DNA of 64,000 bases from Vicugna vicugna (Eukaryota). Under the pieces are notes generated by a model, which worked only from the letters and a program-made list of their open reading frames with translations, searched no databases and was not told where the DNA came from. Numbering within the stretch: position 1 is the first letter of the stretch; each line of letters opens with the position of its first letter. The position numbers were made by a program, and so were the translations under genes. The DNA lies in assembly GCA_013265495.1 (NCBI GenBank), contig MU061547.1, positions 124,001-188,000 of the forward strand, in the 5' to 3' direction. Of this stretch, positions 25,167-37,410 are shown in pieces.

Positions 25167-25361
25167 TAGTACAGGAAGGATATACAACAACATTTTGGGG
25201 CTATGAGCCTAATATCTTATGTCGTGAACCTTAATATAGAATATATTGTGTAATGTGGTAGCATGGAGAATTTAAAATTCTTAAGGGTAGCTTCAGTTCT
25301 TTTGTGCTTTAAACCTCTGTTATTTACTCTATCAAAGTAGTCCTTTTCTTACACATATTTC
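25167..25361. pseudogene. NUMT tRNA-Met/Gln/Ile remnants
   Basis: Located between ND2 and ND1; rc agaaatatgtgtaagaaaaggactactttgatagagtaaataacagagg (Ile). Confidence 0.75.
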
Positions 25362-25363
25362 TT

Positions 25364-26323
25364 AAGTTTGTGGCGAGACACCTGATGTGATGATGGGCAG
25401 TGAAACCTGTCATATTCGTAGGACTAATGTTAGTGACTAATTTTTTAATAAGAGATGTTTAAGTTGATCATATCAAAATTATGGGTAGGAGGCTCGAATT
25501 AATTGAAAGGAGATCGTCAGGAGGGTGTTTTAATGATGAAATTGACTTTATAATTTTAATGATGAAATTCTAACTTTATAGGGGTTGATAAATGCTCCTA
25601 AAAATAGGATTGTTGTGAAAATATTCATTATAATGATACTGACGTATTCTGCTAGGAAGAACAGGGTGAATGGGCCTGCTATATTTTTTACCTTGAGGCC
25701 AAATACAGATTTTGATTCTTCTTCTGTTAAATCAGTGAGGCTCCATTGGTTTCTGCTGGAGTAGACATAAATCAAATTATGGGTAGAGGTCAGGATGGGC
25801 AAATCAGTCATAGATGATCTTGTGTAATAATACTGTTGAAGGTGTAAATGATCCATTTCTCAGTAGGACTGGTAAGAGGATAATTGCTTCTGTTTGTTCA
25901 TACAGGCCTGTGCTCCTGCCAGTAAGCTCTAATTAGTGTGTCATTTGATTCTGACTCTCAGCCAGGTCAGAGGATGGAATGAGGAGATTTGGCCTGATAG
26001 AGCCGGTGGAGATAGTGCACCTCGGTTGATATTAACTAGCGTGTAAGATGTGGGAAGAGGAAGTGATAATGTGGGAGCCAGGGTGGAGGCTAGCATTGGT
26101 ACAATTAAAAAAAATACATAAGTGGATGAATTGGTGGTCACAGTGGGTCTTTAATAAATCATTTGACTGCATCAGCAATGGGTTGTAATCACCCAGAGGA
26201 GCCAATGATGTTTGGCCCTTCCTGGATTTGTATATAGCCTAGGATTTTCCCTTCAGTTAATGTGAAGAATGCTATGTTGAGTAAAATTGGAATAATTTGT
26301 GAAAGAATTTTGAGTGTGAACAT
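25364..26323 (-). pseudogene. ND1: NUMT ND1 remnant
   Basis: ATG at 26323; [30 protein letters not shown] in the ORF track. Confidence 0.92.
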
Positions 26324-26325
26324 CT

Positions 26326-26399
26326 TCTTAGAAAGAGGCCTTGAACTTCTAGGAATAAAGGTTTATGTTTTACGCAATTACCAGCTCTGTCACCCTAAC
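26326..26399 (-). pseudogene. NUMT tRNA-Leu(UUR) remnant
   Basis: rc gttagggtgacagagctggtaattgcgtaaaacataaacc. Confidence 0.8.
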
Positions 26400-27354
26400 A
26401 GGAGAGTGTGTATAAACTAACTGAATTGAAATGATGTCATCAGTTGGTCTGAACACGTAAAGTAGGTCTGTTTCTCCTGTCCTTTCATCTTGAGAGAAAT
26501 GTATCATAGATTGAAACTGACCACAGTTCCTACATTCTGAACTCAACACAGATCTTGAATCATTGAACAAACCATTCATAGCAGTTACATGACTGAGTTG
26601 TACTGATCCAACATTGAAGTCGTAAACCCTATTGTTGGTATGAACTCCAAAATAAGACTGCACTGTTGTCCCGAGAGTAACTTGCTCCACGTGATCAATA
26701 TTTTGGATCAGTAAGTGATAAAGCATTCGGATGTTGTTTTATTCTCCGAGGTCACTCCAACCAAAATTATTAATCCACTAAAAAAGTTACATTACCCTTA
26801 AAGTTTGGTTATTGGTTATTTTTTGGATTAATTAATCCAAGCTCCATAGGGTTTTCTCATCTTATCTCTGCCTCTTCACAGGAAGGTCAGTCTCACTGAT
26901 TGAAAGAGACATTAAAGCCCTCATGTGGCCATTCATACAAGTCCTTATTTGGAGGGAAAAATGACTATGTGACCTTTCCACAGTCCGGATACCATGACCA
27001 TCAAACAGGTGACACTGGGCAGGCAAGTCCTCTCATACGAGAAGTGCGGGAAGTCATGTTTTTTACAAACAGGCAGGGTTTGTGAATGCCGAGTTCCTTT
27101 TACTTTAAAAAATCTTTCCTTATAGGCTCGCCTGTGCTGGGTTATCAGTTGTTTTAATAAATCGTTACGTATTGGCTAAGGTTTATTTTCCTGTGAACTA
27201 TCAGTGGGTTATCCATTCTGATATATTTTTATGCAAGGAGAAGTTTTTCTTGGGACCCATATGAACAGTATTGCTTCTATTAATTCATAGATTAGCCCAG
27301 TATTAAATCAGAAGTTGGTTTATTGACTACTGGCATTGAGATGAACATGTTCTT

Positions 27355-27568
27355 TTTAAAAAAAATTTTTAAAAATTGAAGTACAATTACAATGTATCAA
27401 TTTCTGGTATACAGCACAATGTCCCAGCCTTGCATATACATACATATATTCATTTTCATATTTTTTCCATTAAAGGTTATTACAAGATATTGAGCATAGT
27501 TCCCTGTGCTATTCAAAAGAAATTTTTTTAAATCTATTTTTATATATAGTATTTAAAGAAAAATTTTT
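27355..27568 (-). mobile_element. L1 3' tail inside NUMT 16S
   Basis: TSD ttgagatgaacatgttctt (27336-27354) / ttgagatgaatgtgttctt (27569-27587). Confidence 0.88.
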
Positions 27569-27747
27569 TTGAGATGAATGTGTTCTTGACCTTGCACACT
27601 TTCTTAATTGGTGGCTTCTTTGGGCCATCTACGGTGATGTTTATGCTTACTCTCTAGGGAAGGTGTATCCTGGTTCTGAAAAGCTGAATCTTTTTAGAAT
27701 AACATTTAAAATTATGTTAAAAGTTACACTTTGTAGGTAATATTTGA

Positions 27748-27905
27748 GGAGGAGGGTATAGCTCAAGTGGTAGAGTGCGTGCTTAGCATGCATGAGTCCT
27801 TGGGTTCAATCCCCAGTACCTCCTCTAAAAATAAATACATAAATAAACCTAATTACCTCCTCTCCCCCAAATTTTTTTCAAATTAAAAAAAAACAAAAAC
27901 AAAAC
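27748..27905 (+). mobile_element. tRNA-derived SINE (Vic-1-like) in NUMT 16S
   Basis: gaggagggtatagctcaagtggtagagtgcgtgcttagcatgcatgag...gggttcaatccccagtacctcc plus A tail. Confidence 0.9.
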
Positions 27906-28228
27906 ATAAAGTGGAACTAAGATTATTTTCTGGACAACAGTCTATCACCTGGCTTGTTAGCCTTGTCACCTTTATTCATAAATCTTCTATTTTGTCATAC
28001 AGGTGATTTTTGTCCTTATAAACTTTTCATAACCAGCTCATCTGCTTTCAGGGTATTTAATTTAAGTTCTCTACATTAGTCTTCTAGTTAAATCGTTACG
28101 CAAAATGTAAAAGAGGTAAGCTTTGCTTTTTGGTACAAATGCTTTTTTCATCATTCCCTTATGGTACTTTCTCTACAGCACAAAATTTAAATTTTTATCT
28201 CCTATATTTTAGATGTTGAACGAAAGAA

Positions 28229-28986
28229 TTTTTTTTGAAGTATAGTTGATTTACAACATTGTGATGGTATCTGGTGTACAGCAAAATATACAGTATATAT
28301 ACACATACACACATATATGCACTTTTTCAGTTTCTTTTCCGTTCTGGTTTATTATAGGATATTGAATATAGTTCCCTGTGCTATACAGTAGGACCTTGTT
28401 GTTTAGCTATTTTACATAAAGCAGTGTGTGTATGTTAATCTCAGACTCCTAATTTATCCCTCCCCCTTTCCCCTTTAGCAACCATAAGTTTGTTTTCTAT
28501 GTTTGTGAGTCTATTTTTTAAATAAGTTCATTTGTACTGTTTTTTCCAGATATAAAGTGACACCATGTTTGTCTGACTTACTTTATTTAGTGTGATAATC
28601 TCTAGGCTCATCCATGTTGCTGCAAATGGTAGTACTTCATTATTTTTATGACTGAGTAATTCCATTGCATATATACACCACACCTTCTTTATCCAGTCAT
28701 CTGTTGATGGACATGTAGGTTGCTTCCATGTCTTGGCTATTGTAAATAGTGCTGCTATAAACATTGGGGTGCATATATTTTTTTCAGCTAGAGATTTCTC
28801 CAGATATATACCAGGAGTGGGACTTCTAGATCATATAGTAACTCTTTTAAGTTTTTTAAGGGACCTCCATACTGTTTTCCATGGTGGCTGCACCGATTTA
28901 CATTCCCACCAACAGTGTGAGAGGGTTCCCTTTTCTCCACAGCCTCTCCAGAATTTATTACTTGTAGACTTCTTGATGGTGGCCAC
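28229..28986 (-). mobile_element. 5'-truncated L1 inside NUMT 16S
   Basis: L1 ORF2 end ([16 protein letters not shown]..) and TSD agatgttgaacgaa (28211-28224) / agatattgaatgaa (28987-29000). Confidence 0.92.
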
Positions 28987-29060
28987 AGATATTGAATGAA
29001 TGTTTTATTTAATTCACTTACGGTAGTTGAATTTGGTGGAAAGTTTGGGCTAGTTTTACA

Positions 29061-29128
29061 TCAGAGTGTTCGTGCAGTATGAAATCTCCTGGGTGTAAAC
29101 TAGGAACTTTTGTTTAAGCTACACCTTG
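29061..29128 (-). pseudogene. NUMT tRNA-Val remnant
   Basis: rc caaggtgtagcttaaacaaaagttcctagtttacacccaggagatttca, between 12S and 16S. Confidence 0.8.
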
Positions 29129-30157
29129 ATCCATCCAAGCACAGTTTCCAATATGATTACATTGTTAAAACTTACCTCCTCTTATATGTTTGGAACTTGT
29201 TGATCGGCTATGAAGTTATCAATATTTGAGGAGGGTGACAGTCAGTGTGTCCGTGCTCCATGGCCTGATTCAATTAAGCCCTTTATTCTTAATTTACTAC
29301 TGAATTCTTCTTAATTTTTTTTATTTCACAAAAGCATTCATATAAATTATCTTATGTTCTTGAGGTATAAAATGTAGCTCATTTCTTCCCCTCATAGGTA
29401 CACCTTGATCTAACATTCTTATGTCTGATAAATTACACTTACTCTTGCTTCTAACCAGGGTTTCCTGAAGATGACGGTATACAGACCTAGCGAGATTTAT
29501 CAGTTTATTGATCAACTCCAGAGGAGTATAAAGCCAAGTCCTTTTAATTTTAGACTGACACTAGTAGTACTTGGTGAATAATTTTACTGTTACAATTATT
29601 TGTATTTAGGGCTAAACATAGCGGGATCCCAGGTTGCATCTTAGCTGTCCTGTAATCAGAAATGTTAAAGCTATCTTCATAGCTTATTTGTATTTTGGCT
29701 ATGGTTTTTTTCACCTTATCTAGGACTTTATTTTTGGGTACTCTTTAACATGCTTTATGCTGGATTTCTATTAATATAGATTAATATTATGATCACAGTG
29801 GCCAGCACGGAATTTACTAGCACTAATGAGTTAATTTAGGCAAACATTCTTTTATGGCTCAATTGTTACCCTTGCCGTTTCCCATGGGAGCATCGTTAAG
29901 TTGTTGTGAACTACTTTTTCGTGTGCTTTGTGCCTGCTCCTTTTCATCTTTTATGATTTGGAGGGATTCTCACTGAGATGCAGATACTTGAATGTGTGAT
30001 TTTATTAGAAATTTATAGAAAGATGGAGAGAAGGTATAGCTCCGTGGTACAGTGCATGGTTAACATCCCTGAGGTTCTGCTTTCTATCCCCAGAACCTCC
30101 ATTAAAACAAAAAACAAGGCATAGAAATTGATAGAAAGGCTAGGACCACACCTGTGT
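29129..30157 (-). pseudogene. NUMT 12S rRNA remnant
   Basis: rc gtgctggccactgtgatcata, tttagccctaaa, gaaatgagctacatttt; 3' end ggaaactgtgcttggat. Confidence 0.9.
30023..30121 (+). mobile_element. Diverged tRNA-derived SINE in NUMT 12S
   Basis: ggagagaaggtatagctccgtggtacagtgcatg...; TSD tagaaatttatagaaag (30006-30022) / tagaaattgatagaaag (30122-30138). Confidence 0.85.
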
Positions 30158-31285
30158 ATTTATGGAGTTAGTAAACTCAGGCATTTTCAGTGCTTTGCTT
30201 AAATCATTACGCTGTTGAGTAGGACTATGTACATACAAGATTTACATATTTAAGTGATCTATGGGTATTTGGTGTAGTTTGGGTTGTGTTAAAATTACTA
30301 CTGAATTGTTTTTTCCTTTGGGGATTATTAAAATGTAGTTTGTTATTTTGTTTGAGGTAAATGGCAGACCTAGGAGTCTGTCTGTCTGCATAGGCCTTAT
30401 ATATCTAAGTATCTGATATAATTACGCTAGTTTGTAGTTATACTGAGTGTTGGTGAAGTAAGAGCAGTATGTTTTGTTGGATGAGTTAGCTGAATCTTAT
30501 GTAGTTATGTGCTTTGGCTTGTTTGGGGGTTTGGCCGGGGAATAATGGTCTATAAAGTAGGAGAATTAACATAGGGTAAGGGTTCGATTAAGGAAGCGAG
30601 TATCTGATAAGCATGTGTGCACGTGTATGTATCTGTAATTGTTCTATGTCCTGTGACCGCTGACTCTGTAACACATTCTGGTTGACAATGCTGGTAAATG
30701 ATATCCAATTTAAGCTGACCTACAAGTTGCTTGACTGTGTTAAGTCCTCTGATGACCCTAGCTGAGTCATGTCATTCCCCCAAATTACAAAATACCTAGT
30801 GCATAAACGAGTTATATGGGAGCTCAGGGTAATTAGTCATGAGTCCATTGAGATGTCTTATTTAAGGGGGGAAAAGTGGGCAAATTCAGGTGAGAGGGCC
30901 TTGAAAGAAGAACTAGCTGCCAGTTGTAGTTTGTTTATAGAAATCCCCGTGGATCATAGGCCCAGAACAAGCAGAAAGGCATGTTTTTGGGTGGGGTGAT
31001 GGTTAATCGAGCTCTGGTTATTGGTCATGTTGGCTGGAAATGTTTGGACTTATGTGATATGTACAAGTAATAAACATATGTTCTGTGTAATATCAATCAC
31101 TTTGGTTACCCCTGTGAATATCTGTAGGGACTGGAATCTAATATGGACTGAGCTGTTCAATGTGTCCTCTAATATCAACAGGCTGATGTATGTGCTTATA
31201 CACATGGGTTAGATAATTAACTCACAATTATACGTATCAGTATTGTGTATGATAAAGCATCTGTATTGTACTTATATATGTGGAA
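30158..31285 (-). pseudogene. NUMT tRNA-Phe and mitochondrial control region (D-loop)
   Basis: rc gcactgaaaatgcctgag (Phe); CSB3-like gccaaacccccaaacaag; CSB1-like ggtcacaggacata; central domain cccttaaataagacatctcaatggact; TAS-like tacat-rich end. Confidence 0.85.
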
Positions 31286-31286
31286 G

Positions 31287-31818
31287 TGTAACAAAAAAGA
31301 ACAAATCTGACTCCATATTAGATCTGTTTCTTTGGCTTTAACCCTGTGCCCTGTTTTCTAGGCTTAGTCTTGCTGGCTCTGCACCTTTTGTAAATGTTGC
31401 CTTTAGCCTGAAATATACAGGAGAGCCTGTTCTCAGGGCTCTGACCTTTAAGGATAGTAACACTTTAGCACTATATAAAGATAACATGTTGCAGAATGGA
31501 AAATAACATTTGTTTTGTTGGAGGTTTACAGGGGCACCATGAGCTGCCCCACATGGACAGCTGCAAGAACATAGGATTCCAAGAACAAAGAATTCCTACA
31601 GCAAGAAGTTTGCAACAACCAACCACACCCCCTCCCATTTTTAGTATGAAGGGAGCCTGAATTCTGACTTGAGTAGGATGGTTCTCCAAGATATTAGTCT
31701 TCCATCCTTTTGGTCGGCCAGCTTTCCAAATAAAGTTGTTATTCCTTGCCCCAGCACCTCGTCTCCCAATTTATTGGCCTGTCGTGCTGTGAGCAGAATG
31801 AGTTTGGACTCAGTAACA
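31287..31818 (+). mobile_element. ERV1-type LTR
   Basis: TG...CA termini (tgtaac...gtaaca), aataaa near 31729; same 3' end as 15143-15208. Confidence 0.8.
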
Positions 31819-33049
31819 TCCTTATCCAGGAAATTGTGGCAGTCTGACTTGTTAGCTCCCAGAACCTTCACAGTTCTGACCGTACCATTAATTTCAAAGC
31901 AGTGGTGAGCATAAATGATATTTTGAGATCTATTCAACAGCTATAATGCAGACTGAAAACACTTGGACTTCTTACCGGTGAAAAAGTCACTGTGGTTTGT
32001 TGTTTACCTTTGTAATTGAAGGAAATGCTACATTTCAGTGAGAGTTTGCAGAAAATAAATGTGAAGAGTTTTTTTCTCATTCAAGTTCACAGATTTTATG
32101 CGAATTCTTGTCTCCTGTCAACTCCTCAAGAGAAGACCAAAAAAAACCTGTTGATCAAGCAAAGTGAGTCTAAGTTAATTCAGTATTTATTGCAGTAAAG
32201 GATATTAACACCTTGATAAGGACTTGGTGTATTATCTAAGAAAGGGAATTTCAAGAAAGGCTGTTTATAGGACTTGGAACCTGGGCCCAAGCAGTGTAAC
32301 GGTTTTGCAAAGCAAGAAATTGACTTTGGAAATTGACTTTGGGATTGGGGCTATATAGTAGCATTTAAGACAGTTTAGGATTCGTAGACACAGAGAAGCA
32401 GGTGGCTTGAAGCAAATCTTAATAAATATACTTCCTCACATATGTGAGCTCTCTGCCTCTGTGAGCAATCTGTGGGCCTGATAAGAGCTAGTCATCTGTC
32501 TTGCAAACTATTGCCCAGATAAATTAATTTCTTGAAGCAAACAATGTATCTTCCTGGACAGGGATTTCCTGGAACCACTGTGTCATGTTGATATGGGTGA
32601 TCTTGGTTTTTACTTAACGAGGTCAACTTTGTAGCCTCAAATCCCCTCTCACAAAAGTACCTAATTTTGTCTGTTTCTGCTGTCTGTCCTTTCCAAACTG
32701 TGAGTTTACCATGGGTGGGAGTGAAATCTCATCCTCTTCACTGTGGGGTTTGTTTCTATACTGAAAGTGTATCATAGACACTATTTATAATCTTTGCCTT
32801 TATTTTTGCTTTGTAAAAAAACTTAATATTACATCATGAACATTTCCTTCTGCTGTATACTATTCCATATGTATGTAACACTTGAATAATTAAGTTTTTT
32901 TGTGGTTTTTTTTTTCGGTAATACCCTTCTGTTGACCCTGATAGCTATGGATTCCTTTTCCCTTTTGCTCTTTTTTACATCAAAATTCCAAAAAAGAACT
33001 ATCTGTACTTATTGCTTCTAATTATTTTCCTTTCATTCTCTCTTTTTTT

Positions 33050-34124
33050 AATGAACTTTTTTATTTGGAAAATTTCAAACATAAATAGAAGTAGAGAGAA
33101 TTGTAGAGTATGCATCACCCAGATTCAACGATCGTAAACTCAGAGTCAATCATGGTTCATCCATGCCCCATCCCCACATACTTCCATTGTATTATTTTGA
33201 AATGAATCTCAGACATTGTGTCATTTCATCAGTAATTATTTTAGCATCATTATATTTACATACATCACATAAACATTTTAGGTAAGATTTTTTAACCTAA
33301 CCATAATATATTGATCTGAAAAATAATACAGTAACATCTAAAATATCATATTATAAAATAGCACAATACCACAATATCTTAAAATTAATAATTGCTTCCA
33401 TAATATCATTAAATATCCAATCAGGGTTCAAATTCCTAATTGTCATAAATGATAGCATTTTTTGTTTGTTTGTTTGAATCAGCATCTAAATAAGGCACAT
33501 ATATTGCATTTGGGTTACTATGTACCTTAAATTTATTTTAGAAATTCCTTCACCCTCCCCCCTTTTGTTCTTTTTCTTTTAAATTTATTTATTGAAGAAA
33601 CTAGATCACTTGTCCTGTAGAGTTTCCTACAGTTTGGATTTTGCTGCTTGCATCCCGTTGATACATTGTTTACCATGATCTTCTTATCCCAAGATTTTCT
33701 GTAACTTGCTGGCAGTAAGAGTTGGTGTCTTGATCAGATTCAGTTATACAAGCACATATATATTTTCAGATTATTTTCCATTACAGCTTATTACAAGAAA
33801 TTGAATATAGTTCCCTGTGCTATATAGTAGGTCCTTGTTGTTTGTTTTATATATAGTAATGTGTATCTGTTAATCTCAAACTCCTAATTTATCCCTCCTC
33901 CACCCTTTCCCCTTTGGTAACCATAGTTTTTTTTTTTTTCTATATCCATTAGTCTATTTTTGGTTTGTGAATAAGATTTGATTCCTTTCTTTTTAGATTT
34001 CACATGTAAGTGATATCATGATATTTGTCTTTGATATGCTTCACTTAATATGATAATCTCTAGGTTCATACACGTTGCTGCAAATGGCATTATTTCATTC
34101 CTTTTTATGGCTGAGTAATAGTCC

Positions 34125-34171
<47 letters not shown>

Positions 34172-37100
34172 CTCACATCTTCTCTATCTGGTCATCTGTC
34201 AGTGGTTATTTAGGTTGTTTCCATATCTTGGCTGTTGTAAATAGTGCTACTATGACCATTGGGGTACATGTGTCTTCAAATTACAGTTTTCTCCAGATAT
34301 ATGCCCAGGAGTGGGATTGCTGGATTCTATGATGAGTCTATTTTTAGTTTTTTAAAGAACCTCCATACTGTCCTCCATAGTGGCTGCACCAATTCACATT
34401 CCCACCAGCAGTGTCACCCTCTCCAGCATTTAATATTTGTAGACTTTTTAATGATGGCCATTCTGACTGGTGTGAAGTGATACCTCATTGTAGTTTTGAT
34501 CTGCAAAATCAAAATTTCTTTAATTATTAGCAATATTGAGCATCTTTTCATGTGCCTGTTGGCCATCAGGATGTCTTCTTTGGAGAGATGTCTATTTAGG
34601 TCTTCTGTCCATTTTTGATTGGCTTTGTTTTTTTGATATTGAGCTGTGTGAGCTGCTTGTATATTTTGGAAATTAATTCTTTGTTAGTCATATCATTTGC
34701 AAATATTTGTCTTCCATTCTTTTCCATGTATGTTCATAAGTGACACTGGCCTGTAATTTTCTTTTTTTGTGATACATTCGTCTAGTTTTGGTATCAGACT
34801 GATGGTGGCCTCACAGAATGCGTTCAGAAGTGTTCCTTTTAAGCAAAAACACTTTTAAGTTTACAAAAATGGTTACATAACCAGCCAAAAAGAAAGGAAA
34901 AAACAAAACCTGGCTACATGGCTGCAAGATCCACATCAGAGTAATGTGTACCTGAGCTGCCCTGGTTGTGTATGTAAACACTCTGAGAACACAAAGCCCC
35001 GTTTTACATGCGCTCCTATGGGGGAAATTGAGTTACCCAAACACTGCCGTTATCAAGTCAATTTCCATTTTCATCAGCCTTTCCCATCCAGGAGTTACTT
35101 TACTGATGGGCTAACCTGCCACGTAGTGGTCAAAACTGGAAACTACAAGCCACTTTTTAAACATCTAATGTTTAGTACTTGATGCATCAAAATAGTAAAT
35201 GCAACATAAACACCTGGAAACGCACCATCCAACTTAAGGACAAAAACGCTACCTTTCGATGGCTCCACCGGTATTCCTTTTTTTCTATATTATCCTGCCT
35301 CCTCACCAGAAATAATACTGGCTTGAATTTTCTGTTGACCATTTTCTTGATATTTTAAAAACAGGTGGTTTTATCCTATGTGTATGCATCCCTAGACAAA
35401 ATATTGTTTAATTTACTTGTTTGGGCTTTATAAAAATGGTATCATGATTTTATGTATTTCTCTGCAACTTGCCTTTTTCTTACATTATATTGGGCCAGGT
35501 TATGTGTGTAGCTGTAGTTCATTCACTGTGGGAACATACAATGATTTATTTATCCATCCTCCTATTAACGGACATGTGGTAGCCTCCAATTTTCTTTTTT
35601 TTTTTTTTTGCCATTTCAGCAGTATTGCAATGAATATGCTTATGCATGTGCAAGAATTTCTTTGTAATATATCTAGTTCAATTTTACAAAATACATATAG
35701 CCAAAGTATCTTTCAAAGTTCTACCAATTTACACTCCATTTGTGGTATATGAAAGACCCCACTGATCCTCCATTTGCACTTGGTGTTACTACATTTTTCA
35801 ATTGTTGCCAGTAGAGTCGGAAAATGGATTCTTATTGTGGCACTGACTTGTATTTACCTGGTTGTCAATGAGGTTGAGCATATTTTAATTTTTTTGGTAA
35901 TTTATGTTTCCTTTTTTGTAAAGTGCCTATTCATATCTTTTGCCCAATTTCTACTGGTTTGTCTTTTTCTTATTTTAAGATTAAGATCTTAATATGGGGA
36001 TACATAGTATCTCTCTCTCTCTCTCTCAGGTTTTGTATTTAGCAACCTTGGTGAACGGTCTCATTAATTCTAATGTTTGTAGATTCTTTGGGGGTTTTCT
36101 ACATAAATAATTATATTAGCTGGAAATCACAAGAAATAATTATTTCCTTCTGTCTCCTTCGATCTGTTTTATTCTTGCCTCCTGGAACAGCAGAGATGAC
36201 AGCAGACACCTTTGTCTTGTTCTTCCCTTAAAGGAACAATGCTTTCAGTGATTCACCTGTAAGAATGATGACTCCTGTAGGCTTTCAAAAAAGGATTATC
36301 TTTTTACATTAGGAAGTATCATTTCCTGCTTTACTAAGAGTTTTTATTGCGAATGGATGTTGACTTTTACTGACTGCCTTCACTACACCTATTGAGATAA
36401 TCATACAACATCTTGAAACCATTAACTCACTATCCAACTGTGTTTAATTGTTGTTCAGCCCGTCCACTGAGTTTTTAATCTCAACAGTTAAATGGTTAAG
36501 TTCTAGGTGCTTCTTTTTCAGATGTGCCTGATCATTTGCAATAGTCTCTTTGCCTTGCTTATATTTTTTAAATAACAGCTTTATTGAGATATAATTCCCA
36601 GACGATAAGATTCACTCTTTGAAAGTATACAGTTTGGGGGAGGGTATAGCTCAAGTGGTAGAGTGCATGTTTTGCATGCACGAGGTCTTGGGTTCAATTC
36701 CTGCTGCCTCCATTAAATAGGTAAATAAACCTAATTACCCTCCCTCCCAAAAAAAAACTAAAAAAAAAAAGAAAGTATACAATTCATTGGCTTTGAGCAT
36801 ATTCACAGAAGCTGTGAAACCACTACCACTATCTAATTCTAGAATATTTCTTTCGCCTCCAAAAGAAACCATCTACCCATTAGCAGTCGCTACCAATTTC
36901 CTTCTACCCCGTCTCCCAAAGCCCACTATTTTCTGGTCTCTATGGAGTTGCCTATTCTGGACATTTCATATAAATAGAATCATACAATGGATGGCCGCCT
37001 TTAACTGGTTTCTTTTATTTACCCCAATGTTTCCAAAGTTGATGCTGTGTTGTAGGAAGTATCAGTACTTTGTTCCTCCTTATGGTTGAACGATTCCATT

Positions 37101-37410
37101 GTGTGGGTCTGCCATGTTTTGTTTATTTATTTACCAGTTGATGGACATGTGGCTTGTTCTTACGTTTTTGGCTGTTAGGAGTAATGCTGCCAAGAACATT
37201 CATGTACTAGTTTTTGTGTCGATGTGTATTTTGTTTTTTCTTGGTTATATACCTATACATCTAGGTCATGTGGTAACTCTACGTTTAACAGTTTGAGGAG
37301 CTGCCAGACTGTCTTCCAAAGGGGATACACCGTTTTACAGTCCCACTAGCGATGTGTTCAGGATTCCAGTTGCTCCGCATCCTCCCCAATATTGGTTACT
37401 GTCTTTTTGA
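33050..37410 (-). mobile_element. Cluster of L1 fragments of several ages, with (TG)n at ~34127-34169
   Basis: Reverse L1 3' UTR/ORF2 text, e.g. gttgctgcaaatggcattatttcattcc, cttttcatgtgcctgttggccat, aacagctttattgagatataattc. Confidence 0.8.
36636..36770 (+). mobile_element. tRNA-derived SINE (Vic-1-like)
   Basis: gggggagggtatagctcaagtggtagagtgcatg..; TSD gaaagtatacagtt (36621-36634) / gaaagtatacaatt (36771-36784). Confidence 0.92.

Larger units (their letters stand above)
26400..29058 (-). pseudogene. NUMT 16S rRNA remnant with three retroelement insertions
   Basis: rc aatagggtttacgacttcaatgttggatcag, gtgacctcggagaataaaaac, accctatggagctt; 5' end aaaactagccc. Confidence 0.92.
20150..31285 (-). 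pseudogene. Large ancient NUMT (control region-tRNAPhe-12S-Val-16S-Leu-ND1-IQM-ND2-WANCY-COX1-Ser-Asp-COX2)
   Basis: Colinear vertebrate mtDNA gene order on the reverse complement; many stops and indels; interrupted by nuclear retroelements. Confidence 0.96.

Noticed and set aside
25528..25580. ~26-bp direct repeat in NUMT ND1 as a regulatory element
   Set aside because: Simple local slippage duplication in a pseudogene
20150..31285. Functional mitochondrial genes, rRNAs or tRNAs, or mtDNA contamination
   Set aside because: Frames are broken even in the mitochondrial code, tRNAs are deleted or decayed, and nuclear retroelements with TSDs are inserted
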